Shown in pieces: positions 1 through 12,870 of a stretch of DNA of 64,000 nucleotides (its first letter is position 1; each line of letters begins with the position of its first letter). Source of the DNA: the human T2T-CHM13v2.0 reference genome, Homo sapiens. The stretch is from the NCBI RefSeq assembly GCF_009914755.1, contig NC_060941.1, one strand, 5' to 3'. The position numbers and the translations under genes are program-made. The notes beneath the pieces were generated by a model. The model searched no databases and was not told where the DNA came from. It worked only from the letters and a program-made list of their open reading frames with translations.

Positions 1-300
1 GGTGGCTCATGCCTACAATCCCAGCACTTTCGGAGGCCAAGGTGGGTGGATCACGATGTCAGGAGATTGAGACCATCCTGGCCAATATGGTGAAACCCCA
101 TCTCTACTAAAAATACAAAAGTTAGCCAAGCGTGGTGGCGTGTGCCTGTAGTCCCAGCTACTCAGGAGGCTGAGGCAGGAGAATTGCTTGAACCCAGAAG
201 GCAGAGGTTACAGTGAGGCGATACCATGCCATTGCACTTCAGTCTGGTTGACAGAGCGAGACTCCATCTCCAAAAAAAGAAAAAGAAAGAAAGAAAGAAA
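1..300 (+). mobile_element. Alu (AluS-type), 5' end clipped by window, inserted into the U5 end of the LTR10-type LTR
   Basis: Alu dimer consensus with TACTAAAAATACAAAA linker and A/GAAA tail; LTR sequence resumes directly after the tail. Confidence 0.93.
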
Positions 301-869
301 TAGCACTAGAATATAAATTTAATTTTCTTAGTAAGGCCATTTTTACTTTCTGCAGAAAGGGTGCTCATCATAGATGGAACAATGGCGAGAGCATATCTAA
401 ATAAAGGAGGGATGCAATTTTTATTCTTTACGTAGTTTGTCCTTGTAATTGTATTGTGTCTCCGTTGGCTGGAGCCAGATCTTAAAATTTAAACTAAAAC
501 TTGATTGGGTAACAGTTTAAAACTTTTTAAAACAGGTAAAAGTAATGGAAAGACAAGGGAAAAGAGGAAGTAGTTTACAAAAGGACTTAGAAAAGTAATA
601 ACATTCCGAAATAAAAAAGGGGCATAGGCTGTGAGCTGGGACATGCCTGCGAGCACGTCCAGTACAGATATTTTGGTTAAAGTATACGGACATAGAATGT
701 ACTACATGCCTGTGACCATGTTTAACAGCTACATAGGATAGGGCCTAACAAAACAGTTATTAGCATAAAACAAGGGGGCTTGAAGAAAGTTTTTAAAAGA
801 AATTATTATTTTTAACACTTACGATTTTTCAATAAGGGAAACTCTGAAGAGTAACTTTTACTTTTTATA
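301..869 (-). mobile_element. ERV1 3' LTR, LTR10-type (LTR10D/E-like, HERV-I/IP group)
   Basis: Minus strand starts TATAAAAAGTAAAAGTTACTCTTCAGAG (TG to TA) right after a purine tract AAAAGAGAGAAA (PPT); contains paired CATG decamers and an AGTAAA polyA signal near the end; resembles recalled LTR10 consensus; subfamily not verified. Confidence 0.75.
639..723. promoter_or_regulatory. Two candidate p53 response elements inside the LTR
   Basis: GGACATGCCT-gc-GAGCACGTCC (639-660) and CTACATGCCT-gt-GACCATGTTT (702-723) versus RRRCWWGYYY x2. Confidence 0.55.
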
Positions 870-879
870 ATTTCTCTCT

Positions 880-2230
880 TTTACATAATTTTTAAACTTA
901 TTTAATATGTTTTGGTTTAGCTGCTTTGTTTGATCTTTTAGAAGGAATAGTTTTTCTCAATAGGGTGGAGGAGGGGCTGGGGATATTTTAATAAGAGTTG
1001 TGTTTATCAGTTTCTGTTTAAGTTCCCGGCCATTGGCAGAACTACTTCTTGAATGAATTTGAAATAGGGTTGTTAATGCTGGAATTTTTTGCTAACTTAT
1101 TTGATAAGGTAGTAAGTTCCTGGAGGGCTTTTGTTATGCTCCCAGTGGGAGCAGTGTTGTTTGGGATAAAGGTGTAACACTGAGTTTTGATTATAATGAA
1201 AATACCACCTTTCTTTGCTAATATTATATTTGAAGCTATCTTATTCTTCTAGGCTATTTGATTAGTGGCTTTTGTTTAGCTATTTTTTTAATAGCATTTT
1301 TGGTATAGTTAACAAGTCGTTGCTGGTTGTAATAAATGTAGTTTAACCTATACTTTTATTAATTATTACCCACTAAAACACTGACTTGCAACTATTTGAT
1401 TTTTGGCTTTAAATGTATTTGGTATTTCACGAGGAATTTTAGTTGCATTTAAATAGACATGGGAATTAAAAGATCCATAAGGGTCTGCTGCTTCTTTTGT
1501 GGCTTCTTCTATCTGTTTATTTATTTTTTGATTGATGAAATATTAGGGTAAAAGGGATAGCCAATTGAATTAGAGCATAAGTATTGTTCTAATTATTTGG
1601 CACAGCGTTCAGTAAAGGCCCTCCATAATACCATTATATATTTGCTTGGGGATGAATAAGGGCGGACTGATGGGTCAGCTCTTGGAAGTGCCTGACCTCA
1701 CTGCATTTTGTTAAATCTTCAAGGAATGCTAAGTTCTCCCCTTGTGGTGAGAGACACGAGGCAAACTTCGCCTTGGAAGATGGGAGGCTGGATGGCTCTT
1801 GGGAGCAGACCCGCAGGGTACTACTGCACTTCAGGAAATAGCAGAGAGAGTTTGGTACAGTTTACTATCCTAGGCTGTAGGATTTTGAAAAGGAGATACC
1901 ATGTCGTCTATGTCTTGTTGATTAGAAGACTATTTGAGTGGAAAGTGGATAACCTGGACCTCTGGTTCACCGTGCGCACAAGTGTAACAGTTGTTTTTGT
2001 TTAAAGAGTGAACGGAATATTTCATTTATTTTAGCCAGGCATTTATATTTTGATGTCTTGTTGTTTGCCTTAGGTTTTTTACTTTTACTATAGAGACTTT
2101 GGTTTTGTTATTTGGTAAGAGAGGAGTGATAACTAAACAGGCATTAAAAGTAATAATTTGAGGTGAGTTAGATTTAGTTACATTAATAAGATGGGAAGTA
2201 GTTGAAGGAGAGAAAAGATAGATAAAGTTT
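880..2230 (-). pseudogene. Degenerate ERV env (HERV-IP / ERV-P(b)-like), with stops and frameshifts
   Basis: Minus-strand translation gives INVTKSNSPQIITFNACLVI, SALIHPQANI*WYYGGPLL, YALIQLAIPFTLIFHQ, GSFNSHVYLNATKIPREIPNTFKAKNQI, NYIYYNQQRLVNYT and the ISD/CX6CC region QIA*KNKIASNIILAKKGGIFIIIKTQCYTFIPNNTAPTGSITKALQEL. Confidence 0.88.
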
Positions 2231-2289
2231 TTTTAGTTTTAATTTGGTAGGGCTTGACCCTGGAGCAATGGCCTATGACTTTTATGGTG

Positions 2290-2610
2290 ATGACATTTTC
2301 TCGACTTGGGTACGACGTGTTAATTTATTTTTTTGCTGTGCGAATGGCAGTCTTGGTGGTCAGCAGCTTAAGGTAGGTTTCTTCCTAGGCTGGCTTGCAT
2401 TTTTCTTTTTTTTACATCTTTCGATAAGGACGTGGTTTTCAAGCTGGTGCTGGTGTACTGGAAATGTTAGGGGTGGTACCTGTGCTAAAAGGCTTTTAGT
2501 TTTGAGGGAAGGGAAAGTGGAAAATAAGTATATAATTTTTGAGAAACTGATTTTTTGTTTTAAATGTGGGGACATTAGCAGTAGAATGTAAGTAAGGCAA
2601 ACTATAGGTA
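2290..2610 (-). pseudogene. Degenerate ERV pol fragment (integrase C-terminus, GPY/F region)
   Basis: YSLPYLHSTANVPTFKTKNQFLKNYIL...LLAQVPPLTFPVHQHQLENHVLI...PA*EETYLKLLTTKTAIRTA matches the class I ERV integrase tail (WEGPY..LLTT.TAV). Confidence 0.82.
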
Positions 2611-2619
2611 TTTTTTGGT

Positions 2620-4200
2620 CTATAAGTCCTTAGTGCCTTCTTAAGATTTTTTTTTTTTTAACTTTTTCTTATGTTGCTTTTGAAGGAAACTTTGGGGTTT
2701 TTTCTTAGAACTTTGTACATCTTGGGGCTTGAGGCCCCATAGTGACACCTCCAACTCCTTCCCCGCTGAGCGCTGCCTAGGGGACGCGGCGGCCTGGCTC
2801 CCCTTAAGGTCTTGGCCTCCCTGTGGCCTTTATTGCTCCCTTGCGTTGTGGCCTTAGGGATGAGTGGCCCTGTGACTTACCTGGCAGCCCTCGGACCTTG
2901 CTCCTGCCCAAGCCCCTGCCGTTGGGCCCCGGTGTTGGGTTCGGTTGTGCTGTCTAACGGCTGCCTGGCCCCCTCCCCCCTCCCCTGTACAGGAAGTGTC
3001 TGTTGGCGGCTAGGTCCCCCACCAGATGGCTCATGCTGTGGCCACTCTAGGAGCAGCTGGAGGTGGAAACTCGTTGGTATTAACCCTGTGCTGGAGGGCC
3101 CTTAATGGGTTTTTTGATGCAATTGGAACAAGATTTATTTATTTTTTATACGGGGCTTAGATAACATTTCTCTTTGGTTTAGCAATATTTATTTTCATTT
3201 GGAAAATTTTTAGCACCTATTTTTATTAGTTTTTAGAATAAAGAAAGTCAAACATCATTTTATGTTTGATAATGTTTCCTGTATGATTTTATAAGAGATA
3301 AGTTAAATTTTACCTTTATATTAGTGTACTATTAATGTTAAACTACATTTTAATAAAACCTTGTAGATATTATTTAATTTTAACGTTTGACTATAAGGTA
3401 AGATTTTTATAGATTCTTTTTAACCCTTTATAATTTTTGTTAAAGAGCAGGTTAGTGCTTTAAGAAAAACCTATTGTGCTTTTATTTTTATGTTCAGTTC
3501 ATAGAAAAACTGGATGATACCCCTTTAACTTTAGCCGATATGTTTATACACAGAATTTTTTTTATAATTAACATTTTAAAACTTGCTTAAACTTTTAAAA
3601 CAAATTTTTTTGACCTTTTAATGTAGGTAAGAATTCAAATTTTTATGCCTCTTTATAATCCTTTTATTAAAAGTGTATTTTATTTTCCTTATACACCTTG
3701 CACATAAACTTAATAGTTTTACATTTAGGAGGCCAAATTAGTTTTAAATTATATAATATGTTTTGCATAAATTCTTTTTATAGCATTTTTTATGACTTTT
3801 ACAGATAATTTTTGACATGCCTTAACATTTTGCCTTCCTTTTATACTATTTATTTTTTTAGTATTATCCTTTTTTCAAAATTTCTGTTTTTTCCAATCTT
3901 TCTTATTTTTTCCATTTCTCTATTTGCGTTCTTTTTTTTTTTTCTTTCTGTCATTTCCTGGTTTCTTCCTCATTCCCGAGTTCTCCTGCTCCTGCAGCTG
4001 GCAGGCCGGGCAACGGCATGGGTACTGCCCCTGCGCACGCACTGCCGTCCATCTCTTTTGTTTTTTTCTGATTTTCCTTTTTAGTTTTTCCCTTCTCTCC
4101 TCACACTTACTTTTTTGGGCTGGGTGGGATTTGCGCAGCCGTAGTCCAGCCCCAGGAAGTTGGTGCCCTGTTGAGCTCACCGCTTTCTTCTGGATAACTC
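2620..4200 (-). mobile_element. Non-coding ERV1 internal sequence of the same element; no gag, RT or 5' LTR recognised
   Basis: Extremely T-rich plus strand continuous with the pol remnant, typical of non-autonomous ERV1 internal leaders; right boundary approximate. Confidence 0.6.
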
Positions 4201-6499
4201 CGATCTCAGCCTTATTCCAAGTCTTAACAGTGTCTTCTCATCCTTAGTCTCCTAGCCACTGTATACCTTCTTTTCCGTCTCCTGCCGTCCTGAGGACACC
4301 CCATCCCTAAGTCTTTGCTAAACTGTCCTGAACTCTTGCTGCCTCCTTTCCTACCACCCTCACCCAATCTTGTTAAAAAATGACATCTCCGTGTCCTTTC
4401 ACCCCCGCTGACACCACCGCATGTCTTTACCCCAACTCTGCGTCCATTGCTTCCCTCGACCCCACTCCCATTCAACCTGAGAACTTAGTGCAGAGTCTCC
4501 TTCCACCAGCTGCCCCTCAACAGCCAAATGTAGGTGCTCACTCAGACCCACAGTTAGAGACTGAGCAGCATGATTGGTGGGTGCAGGGGCTCAGGTGGTA
4601 AATAAGGGTGGAGGAGCAGTGGGCTCTCCCCAACTCTTGGGTCAGCCGGGGTTTTTCCTGGCATCTGGTCTCCTGCACCTGTCCTCAGGGATTGTGTTTC
4701 TGGCATTCATATTAAATGACTTGTGCTGGCTGCTGGAATGGTAGGTATCATTCAAATATCTGGAAGGTGAGAGATGGCCACTCACTCAGCTCACTTAGCA
4801 CAGAATGATGGAAGCTGCCCCTTCCTTCTGGTTGGTGTTCTTGCCCTGGAGAGCCTCTGGGAAGTTCTGTGTGGTGTTGGCTGTGGTCATAGAATATTGT
4901 TCATGTTTCTTTTCCTGGCATTTGTAAGGGCCTCTCCCTGCCAGAGCTGATGGCAGATCAATCCTGATGCCAAATTCAGGGGATGTGATGGGTGCCAGAG
5001 GCAATGTTACCTGTTGTGAAGAGTATAGGTGAGTAGGTCCTGGGGAGGCTGAGGCCTAGGTGGGTACAGAGGCTCTTGAATGGCTTTCTTTTCTTATAAG
5101 TGCTGGATCATTGACTTTTGGCCATCTGGGTTCCATGAACACAGGGAACCATGTTATCTCAGAGTAGCTGAGGCAGAAGGACATTCCAGAGGCACCCAAG
5201 TCCCATGCTAGCATTTAGTTTCCTGGGGGCTTTTTGGTACACATGTTCTCTGAATCCTGAGGACCTGGCATCAGATGGGTGGGCCATTTGACCACAGTTT
5301 TAAAGGGCCCCAAAGAACCTTGTCTCTGCTTGCCATTTATAGTCTTATTCCGTTGAAAAAATGAATGCTGTTTACCTTCAATGTCCTCCCATTAGTATAT
5401 TTAAGTTGGTTTCAGCCTTATTGGCAGCTTGACTTAATGGAAGGAGCTCCACAGTCATCTTAACACTTCAGAGTTATATACCCCAACTTCCCACAGTGTG
5501 TGAAATGGAGATACCTGCCCCGTGCCTCATTTTTATTTTATTAATCAATTCATTCAACAGCTTATTTTTTGAGCACCAGTGTGTGCCAAACACTGGTGAA
5601 TGGGTCAGGCAATGGTCCTGTTTTCATTCAGAGTTTGGTCCTTGTTAGAATCCTCTGGGATATGGGACAAGAATATAGAGAAGATTCTGCCCTCATCCAC
5701 TAGCCCTGAGTCTGGGAATCACAAGCTAGAAGTTTCTCACCCTTCATCTGGTATTTAATTACTTCAAAGCTCCAACCCCCACCACCCCACCCATCACAGA
5801 AATCCAACTTTCCTCAGGTGGACAGAGGTGCGGTTTCCTCAGTCAGCACTCACATGCCTGAAAGATCAGCTGCCTTTCTGAATCAGAGGGTAACTTTGTC
5901 ATTCTTTTCCAATTGAAAAAACGTGACTCATCAATTGGTACAGCAGTTGGATGGCTTAAAGCCAGGCTGTGGCTCTGAACAGCCAGGTACACAATTCAGG
6001 CAGTGGAGAGAAGGCCGTAGGGAGTGGCTGAGAAGTCCCTCAAGAGAAGAGGTTGCTGTTCACTGATGGTAGAGTGTTTTGAGAGTAGTGAAACCAGGTT
6101 ATCCCTTTCTTCTTTTAACGTAAGTCTCATCCAAGTCATTCTCTTTTTTTGCTTCCTTGATCTCTGGAGGAAGTGAAATTGGACATATAGAGACGGCCAG
6201 GCAGTATAATGCAGGAAACCAACTGGAACTGTTCCTTCCTAACTATGTTGGAACATTTAAGAAAGTATAGCTCTGAGACTTCAGGAGCATTGGTAGGACC
6301 TGGTCTCAGCTGGTTGGGGCTATAAATCTGATTGGCAGAACTGTTTCATGTTGGTTTCAGACCTTCTGTGATGAAATGGAGCTTCCGAGTACCTCTGAGG
6401 AGGAAGTAATAGTTTGCCTGAAATTCTTTGAGCCAAAGACCTGAGGCCATTTGGTCCAGGGGAAGATGCGGGAGTTGGGATGAAGAAACCATATGTTTC

Positions 6500-6945
6500 T
6501 TTGACATATTTTGGAATGGCCCTGCAAAGCCATCTCTTGTGGGGGAAATTTATATCCTGCAGACTCCCTTCCCTTTCTAGGCCTTTTCCTGATCTAGGAG
6601 AGATTTAACTAAGAGTCTGACACTTTTTAGGGTCTGATAAGAGACCATCTGTCATCTCCCATGTGATGATAGACCAGTCAGGTTGGAGTTGGTATCTTAA
6701 TTGCTGAGAGTCTGTTCTGTCAGTCTTAGGATTCTGTTTTAATGTTAATGCTGGTCAGTTGTGTCTAAGCTCCAAAAGGGAGAGGCTAGGATGAGGCATG
6801 GCCCACGCCCCACTTCCTGTCATGGCCTACGCCCCACTTCCTGTCATGGCCTGAACTCAGTTTTTAGGTTTTTTCAAAATCCCTTTGGCCAAGAGGGGGT
6901 TCATTCAGGCAGTTGGGAAGCTTAGAATTTTATTTTTGGTTTACA
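6500..6945. mobile_element. ERV1 LTR fragments (MER4-group), apparently two pieces in opposite orientation
   Basis: Right end AGAATTTTATTTTTGGTTTACA is the reverse of the TGTAAACCAAAAATAAAATTCT start of MER4-group LTRs; left piece resembles MER34/39-type LTR sequence. Confidence 0.6.
6805..6852 (+). repeat. 24-bp perfect tandem duplication
   Basis: ACGCCCCACTTCCTGTCATGGCCT x2. Confidence 0.95.
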
Positions 6946-7193
6946 GCACTCACTCAGGAATTGGGTTTTTCTAGGGCTGGGGTTGGCTTCCTCCTGGGGG
7001 CTGGTGGTGGAGTCAGGCCACTTATTAGCCCTGGGACCTCAGGAACTTCCTTGACCTGGGTCAGCTGCCATTTCCTTATCTGTCAGGTGGAGACAATAAA
7101 ACAGCACTCCTAGGGTCCTTAGGAGGAACATAAATTAGGCAATATATGTAAAGAGAACTGAGCCCATTTAACTTTTCTTGGTTTTGTTAACTT

Positions 7194-7481
<288 letters not shown>

Positions 7482-8572
7482 GGTTTTGTTAACTTCTTTA
7501 TGCAGTGATTGTTTGAGAGCTGAGAGACAGCCATCACCTTTCCCGGCGTTCCCCTGATGCTCAGCCAGGCATTTGGGACAGATTTGTTTACGTGTGAATG
7601 TGCCTCCCTAGCCCAGGTCTGTCCAAGTTGCTGGGGTGGGGCCAAGCCAGCCAGCAGTCCCCTCAGGCACAGGCCAAAGTCCCCACCCCACCCCACCACA
7701 GCCCACCCATTCCCAGGAGGAAGCTGGCAGCCCTGAGGGATTTAACCACTCACTGATTTCAACTCTTCCTGCATACCCATTTAGGCGATGACATTCTTGG
7801 TCTGTACACTTAGGTGGCCACATCCACTGGGATGACAGATACCAGGTACAACATATCAGGTACAGGTACATATCAGGCCCCGTGACAGGCATTTTACACA
7901 TTCTCCATCTGAGAGGTCTGAGCATGCCTACCTGGTTAGTGGCAAACTGCGATGAGACCTCATGGTCATCCCGGTTAGACACGTCCCTGTCTGTGCTGCT
8001 CAAGCCAGACCCTCGAAGCCTAAAGGAGAAGCAGAAGTGTTTCCCTTTCAAAGTCATTCCAGTCGTACTTTTTAACTACTGAGGTGACAGATGTTGGACT
8101 GGGACAGGAATGAGGGGTGGGGGGAGGGTGCTGCAGGACTCAGCCCCTGAATGTGACTTGTGAACCCCTGCTTCCTGGTCCCAGTGGGTTCCTGCCACCT
8201 TCAGCTGCAGCCTCCACCTCGAACCCACAGCTCTGTATTTGAATCAGCCTGTCATTCCCTGCTTACGGGTTTAGATCCTACAGGGCCCTGGCTTTCTGGG
8301 CAGCATTTGATGTGAAGCGCCCTTACCACCTACTCCTTGGGGTGGACCCACCCCTGGCACCCAGGACTCCTTGCCTCCCAAGGACTGAGCCCCCTGGGCT
8401 TTCCTTCCTTGCTTCCTTCTTTCAAATCCACTCTCAATTTTTACTTTCGTGTTCCTCAAAGGCCTTTCAGTTGTGGTTTAAGGGGGGCTGACCTCCTACT
8501 GCTTGCTGGGAATGGACTCTGGCTGGGGGGAAGTTGCCTGCCCATTCATCTGGCTGCCATCTGTCTCTTCAG

Positions 8573-8661
8573 ATGTCATGTGATTCTCTGAGGGAGCAGC
8601 TGCGTGAGTGGAGATGCTCTCAGTGGTGGAAAATGGACTGGACCCCCGGGCTGCCATCCCG
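8573..8661 (+). pseudogene. PLEKHM1: Duplicated PLEKHM1 exon 2 (41 nt 5' UTR plus first 16 codons); orphan fragment, not the functional gene
   Basis: ctgtctcttcAG acceptor, ATG at 8614 giving MLSVVENGLDPRAAIP, CCG|GTAGGT donor; recalled PLEKHM1 N-terminus is MLSVVENGLDPQAAIP|VIKKK; no downstream PLEKHM1 exon recognised in the window. Confidence 0.9.
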
Positions 8662-9805
8662 GTAGGTGGGTGAGGGAGGAGCAAGTAATAAAATAAATAA
8701 AACATATTCTACCATAAGGAGCTTATGTTCATCTGGCCTTGGACAGACAAGTAGACAAAGTATTATGACAGTGCTATAACAGAAGTTGAGAGAAGGTGAT
8801 GTCAGAGCAGAAAAGAGCCTAACTGAAGAGACTGATGAAAGTGAGGCTTTACAGAGGAGGTCTACATAATTACTTAACATTCCCCAAAATATATTTAATG
8901 TATTTTGAGCTATACTTATTCATTAACTATACACTTAATGACTTTGCCCTTTTCTGTATACAATGTTTCATATGCCACAATAACATTTATTTCGGATAAA
9001 GTTTACTCATGTTTAATAACCATGAAAAGAAAGGTTAGCATTAGCTGAGAAAACTTCATAATGTTCTACTCCACACCTGTCATGGCTACCCCAACATGGG
9101 CTTCCCTAACATTCCAGGTTTAAACTGGGTCAGTGTTGAATAGCTGTGGCATTAGCCTGGTGCCAATAAACTTAGGGCTGCTGTACTATGAAATAGCAAC
9201 CGGTAGAAGCCAAAGAAAAAGATCAAGAGTCTCCTTTTCCTTCGCCATGTCCCGAGTCAGAGCCAGGATCATGCTTAGGCTGCACAGGCCTAGAAAACTC
9301 CAAGGGTGAAGCAAGCTTCTGCTTTACACAAGGACCAAAGGAACTGGAATGGGTCACAGTTACATGCAACCTTAATACCTCCTAAGTGATTCCTCTGTGG
9401 ATGAACCCTCTCTTAACTGTATTTGCAATACAGCTAACAGGCAATTTCACATACTTCCTTACATCACTCTATCAGGTCAATCTTCCCTATGCACCTCAAA
9501 ATAAACCAGTGACCCCACTGCAGACCAGTTCCACAAGAATTACTCTGGGCTTCCTGAACAAGATAGCTGTCTACAATGCTTTAAAAACCCTATTAAGATG
9601 AGAACCTCAACAGCTTTAAAAAAATTTTGGAGAGAAAGGTGTTCTAAGCTTCTGCAGTTCCCATTCAGCTCCTTCCGTATTCAAAAGTTTCAATGCTCTT
9701 CCACCTCCCATCCTCAATAACATTTCCATCCTCAACTACAGCTGTGTAATCTCAGAAAGTAGTCAGGAGAAGGGATTTTTAAAAACAACCTAAGGGTCAA
9801 GCCAG

Positions 9806-10065
9806 TGCTTCTGGGAGGCCAAGGCAAGGAGGATCACTTGAGGCCAGGAGTTTGAGACCAGCCTGGGCAACATAATGAGACCACATCTTTACAAAAAAAA
9901 CCTTTAAAAATTAGCCAGGCATAATGGCACTCGCCTGTGGTCCCAGCTGCTTGTACTTGCAAGGCTAAGGTAGGAGGATAGCTTGAGCCCAGGAGTTTCA
10001 GGTTACAAGGAACTATGATCTGGCCATTGCACCTCAGCCTGGGCAACAGAGCAAGACCCTGTCTC
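9806..10065 (+). mobile_element. AluJ-type, truncated, no tail
   Basis: Diverged Alu consensus. Confidence 0.85.
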
Positions 10066-11189
10066 TTACAACCTGCTTAGTCCCTATTCTTTCCCCTTAT
10101 TTAGCAGGTGTGAAATTTCAATAAACAAAATTTTCAATAAATAAATATGTTTCAGTGAAATGACGAAAAGGACACAACAGCAAAGTATGTTAGAAAAAAA
10201 ATGCTTTGGAATCAGATAAAAGGTCCTGAGTTTAAATTTAGTTCTGCCTTTTACAAGCCTCTGAAGATTTACTCTGAACATTAAACAAACATACATAAGT
10301 AAACCTTTAATTAGTATACACTCAAGGTACATACATTGTTTTCCTTTCTCCTTCTAAAGCATGGAAGAGATTTTTTTTTTAAATAAGCTGACAAAATATG
10401 AAAATTAAAAGAACACAACCGCATGCAGAAGTAGCACAGAGGACTTCCTAGAAATTGTATTCTTTCTCCAGGGAGCAACAAGAATCGTTATTCCCAAAAG
10501 GGACTCTATTCACTTCACAGCTTGGAAGGTAATACCTACCTCTGACAGAACAGAAACTGGCGTCTGGATCCTAGAATCACCTAGCAGTAGTCACAAATAC
10601 CTTTTTTTTTTTTTTTTTGGTAATACGCCACTTAAAGAAAATTAATGTTAACATGCAACAAAGTAAATCCTTAAAAAGAAAAAGAAAAGCCCCACCATCC
10701 CTGCAATCTCCCACCCAAAGACAAATTATAACTCAACAGCCTATCACCAAGATTCAGCCCATCATCTAGATTCATCTAAAAAAAAAAAAGGCCTGTACAA
10801 CCCAGGAAGCACTGGCAAATCTTGGTGCAGCAGGGAAAACATGAACACCAACCCACTTAACCAAAACACATAAGAAAAAATTTCTTCCATTTCAGTAACT
10901 AAAAAACAAAACAAAAAAACAACAAGCACTTAAAGTGATTACTAACTTGAGCAATAGCTCTGCACCCTGATACTCAAATCTCAGCTCTGCACTCACTTGG
11001 ATGTATAACCGTGAACAAACTACTTGACTGCTCTGATCTTCCATTGTTTATCTTGAAAATCGTGAATGAGAGTAAAATGCTTAGCACAGTGCCTGGCATA
11101 TCACAAGTGCTCAAAAACTTCTATTAATTATAGTGTTACATAAAGACTAAATGCATGTGACTATATCATTGGGGGGAAATTCCATGGCT

Positions 11190-11590
11190 TGTTAGAGCGA
11201 GTTGAATATTCTCTTCCAAATTTATGTTCGCTCAGAACCTGTGAATATGACCTTGTTTGGAAACAGGGTCTTTGCAATTGTAATAAAGTTATGATGAGCC
11301 TTTTAGTGTGGGCCCTAAATTCAATATGACTGATGTTCTTCTAACATGGAAATCTGGACACAGATGCAAAGAGAAAGATGGTCATATGAAGATGGAGGCA
11401 GCAACTGGAGTGATGTAGCTACAAGCCAAGGAACACCAAGGACTGGCACAACACCAGAAGCTGGAAAAAGACAAGGAAGGATTCTTCCCTAGAGCCTCCA
11501 GAGAGAGCATGGCCCTGTTAACACCATTATTTCAGACTTCTGGCCTCCAGAATGGTGGGAGAACACATTTCTGATTTTTTAAGCCATCTT
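11190..11590 (+). mobile_element. MaLR LTR (MLT1B/C-like)
   Basis: GACCTTGTTTGGAAACAGGGTCTTTGCA...GCCAAGGAACACCAAGGA...CTTCTGGCCTCCAGAA motifs. Confidence 0.85.
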
Positions 11591-12016
11591 CTTTAAGTAA
11601 AAGATTATCTATGATGTTGTATTTTACAGACCAAGAAACTGAAGCTCAGAAATGTTGAGTGACTTTTCTTGTCAAGGTTCATGTTAAATAGCTGTGACAT
11701 GTAAGCATCTGGTAGTAAAGCCATGACTAGAAGCAAAACTTTACCAAGTCCAAGTATGGTGCTTAATACAATTCGCTTTGAATGATGAAACTCTTGGACA
11801 ATCAGCATACATTCATGTGCCAAATAACATTATGGTCAATGACAGACCACATAAACAATGATGGTCTTATAAGATTGTAATACAGCTGAAGAATTCCTAT
11901 CTTAGCACAAAGCACTACTCATGTGTTTGTGGTGATGCTGGTGTAAAGAAACCTACAGTGCTCCTATTCGTATAGAAGTATACCACATACAATTATGTCC
12001 AGTAAGAATATAATAG

Positions 12017-12338
<322 letters not shown>

Positions 12339-12470
12339 AAGAACTGTTAACTGTTAAAAAAAAAAAACTTATTTTTTATGATAAGAAGAAGTGTTATGTA
12401 TTTACTGTACTGTACTTTTAATCGTTATTTTAGAGTGTACTTCTACTCAATTAAAAAACAGTTAACTGTC

Positions 12471-12870
<400 letters not shown>

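Noticed and set aside
880-2610. Domesticated or functional ERV env/pol
   Set aside because: Multiple stops, frameshifts and deletions; CX6CC motif damaged
4380-4601. 73-aa Pro-rich ATG ORF
   Set aside because: No recognisable homology, promoter or splice support; probably chance within PLEKHM1-derived intron
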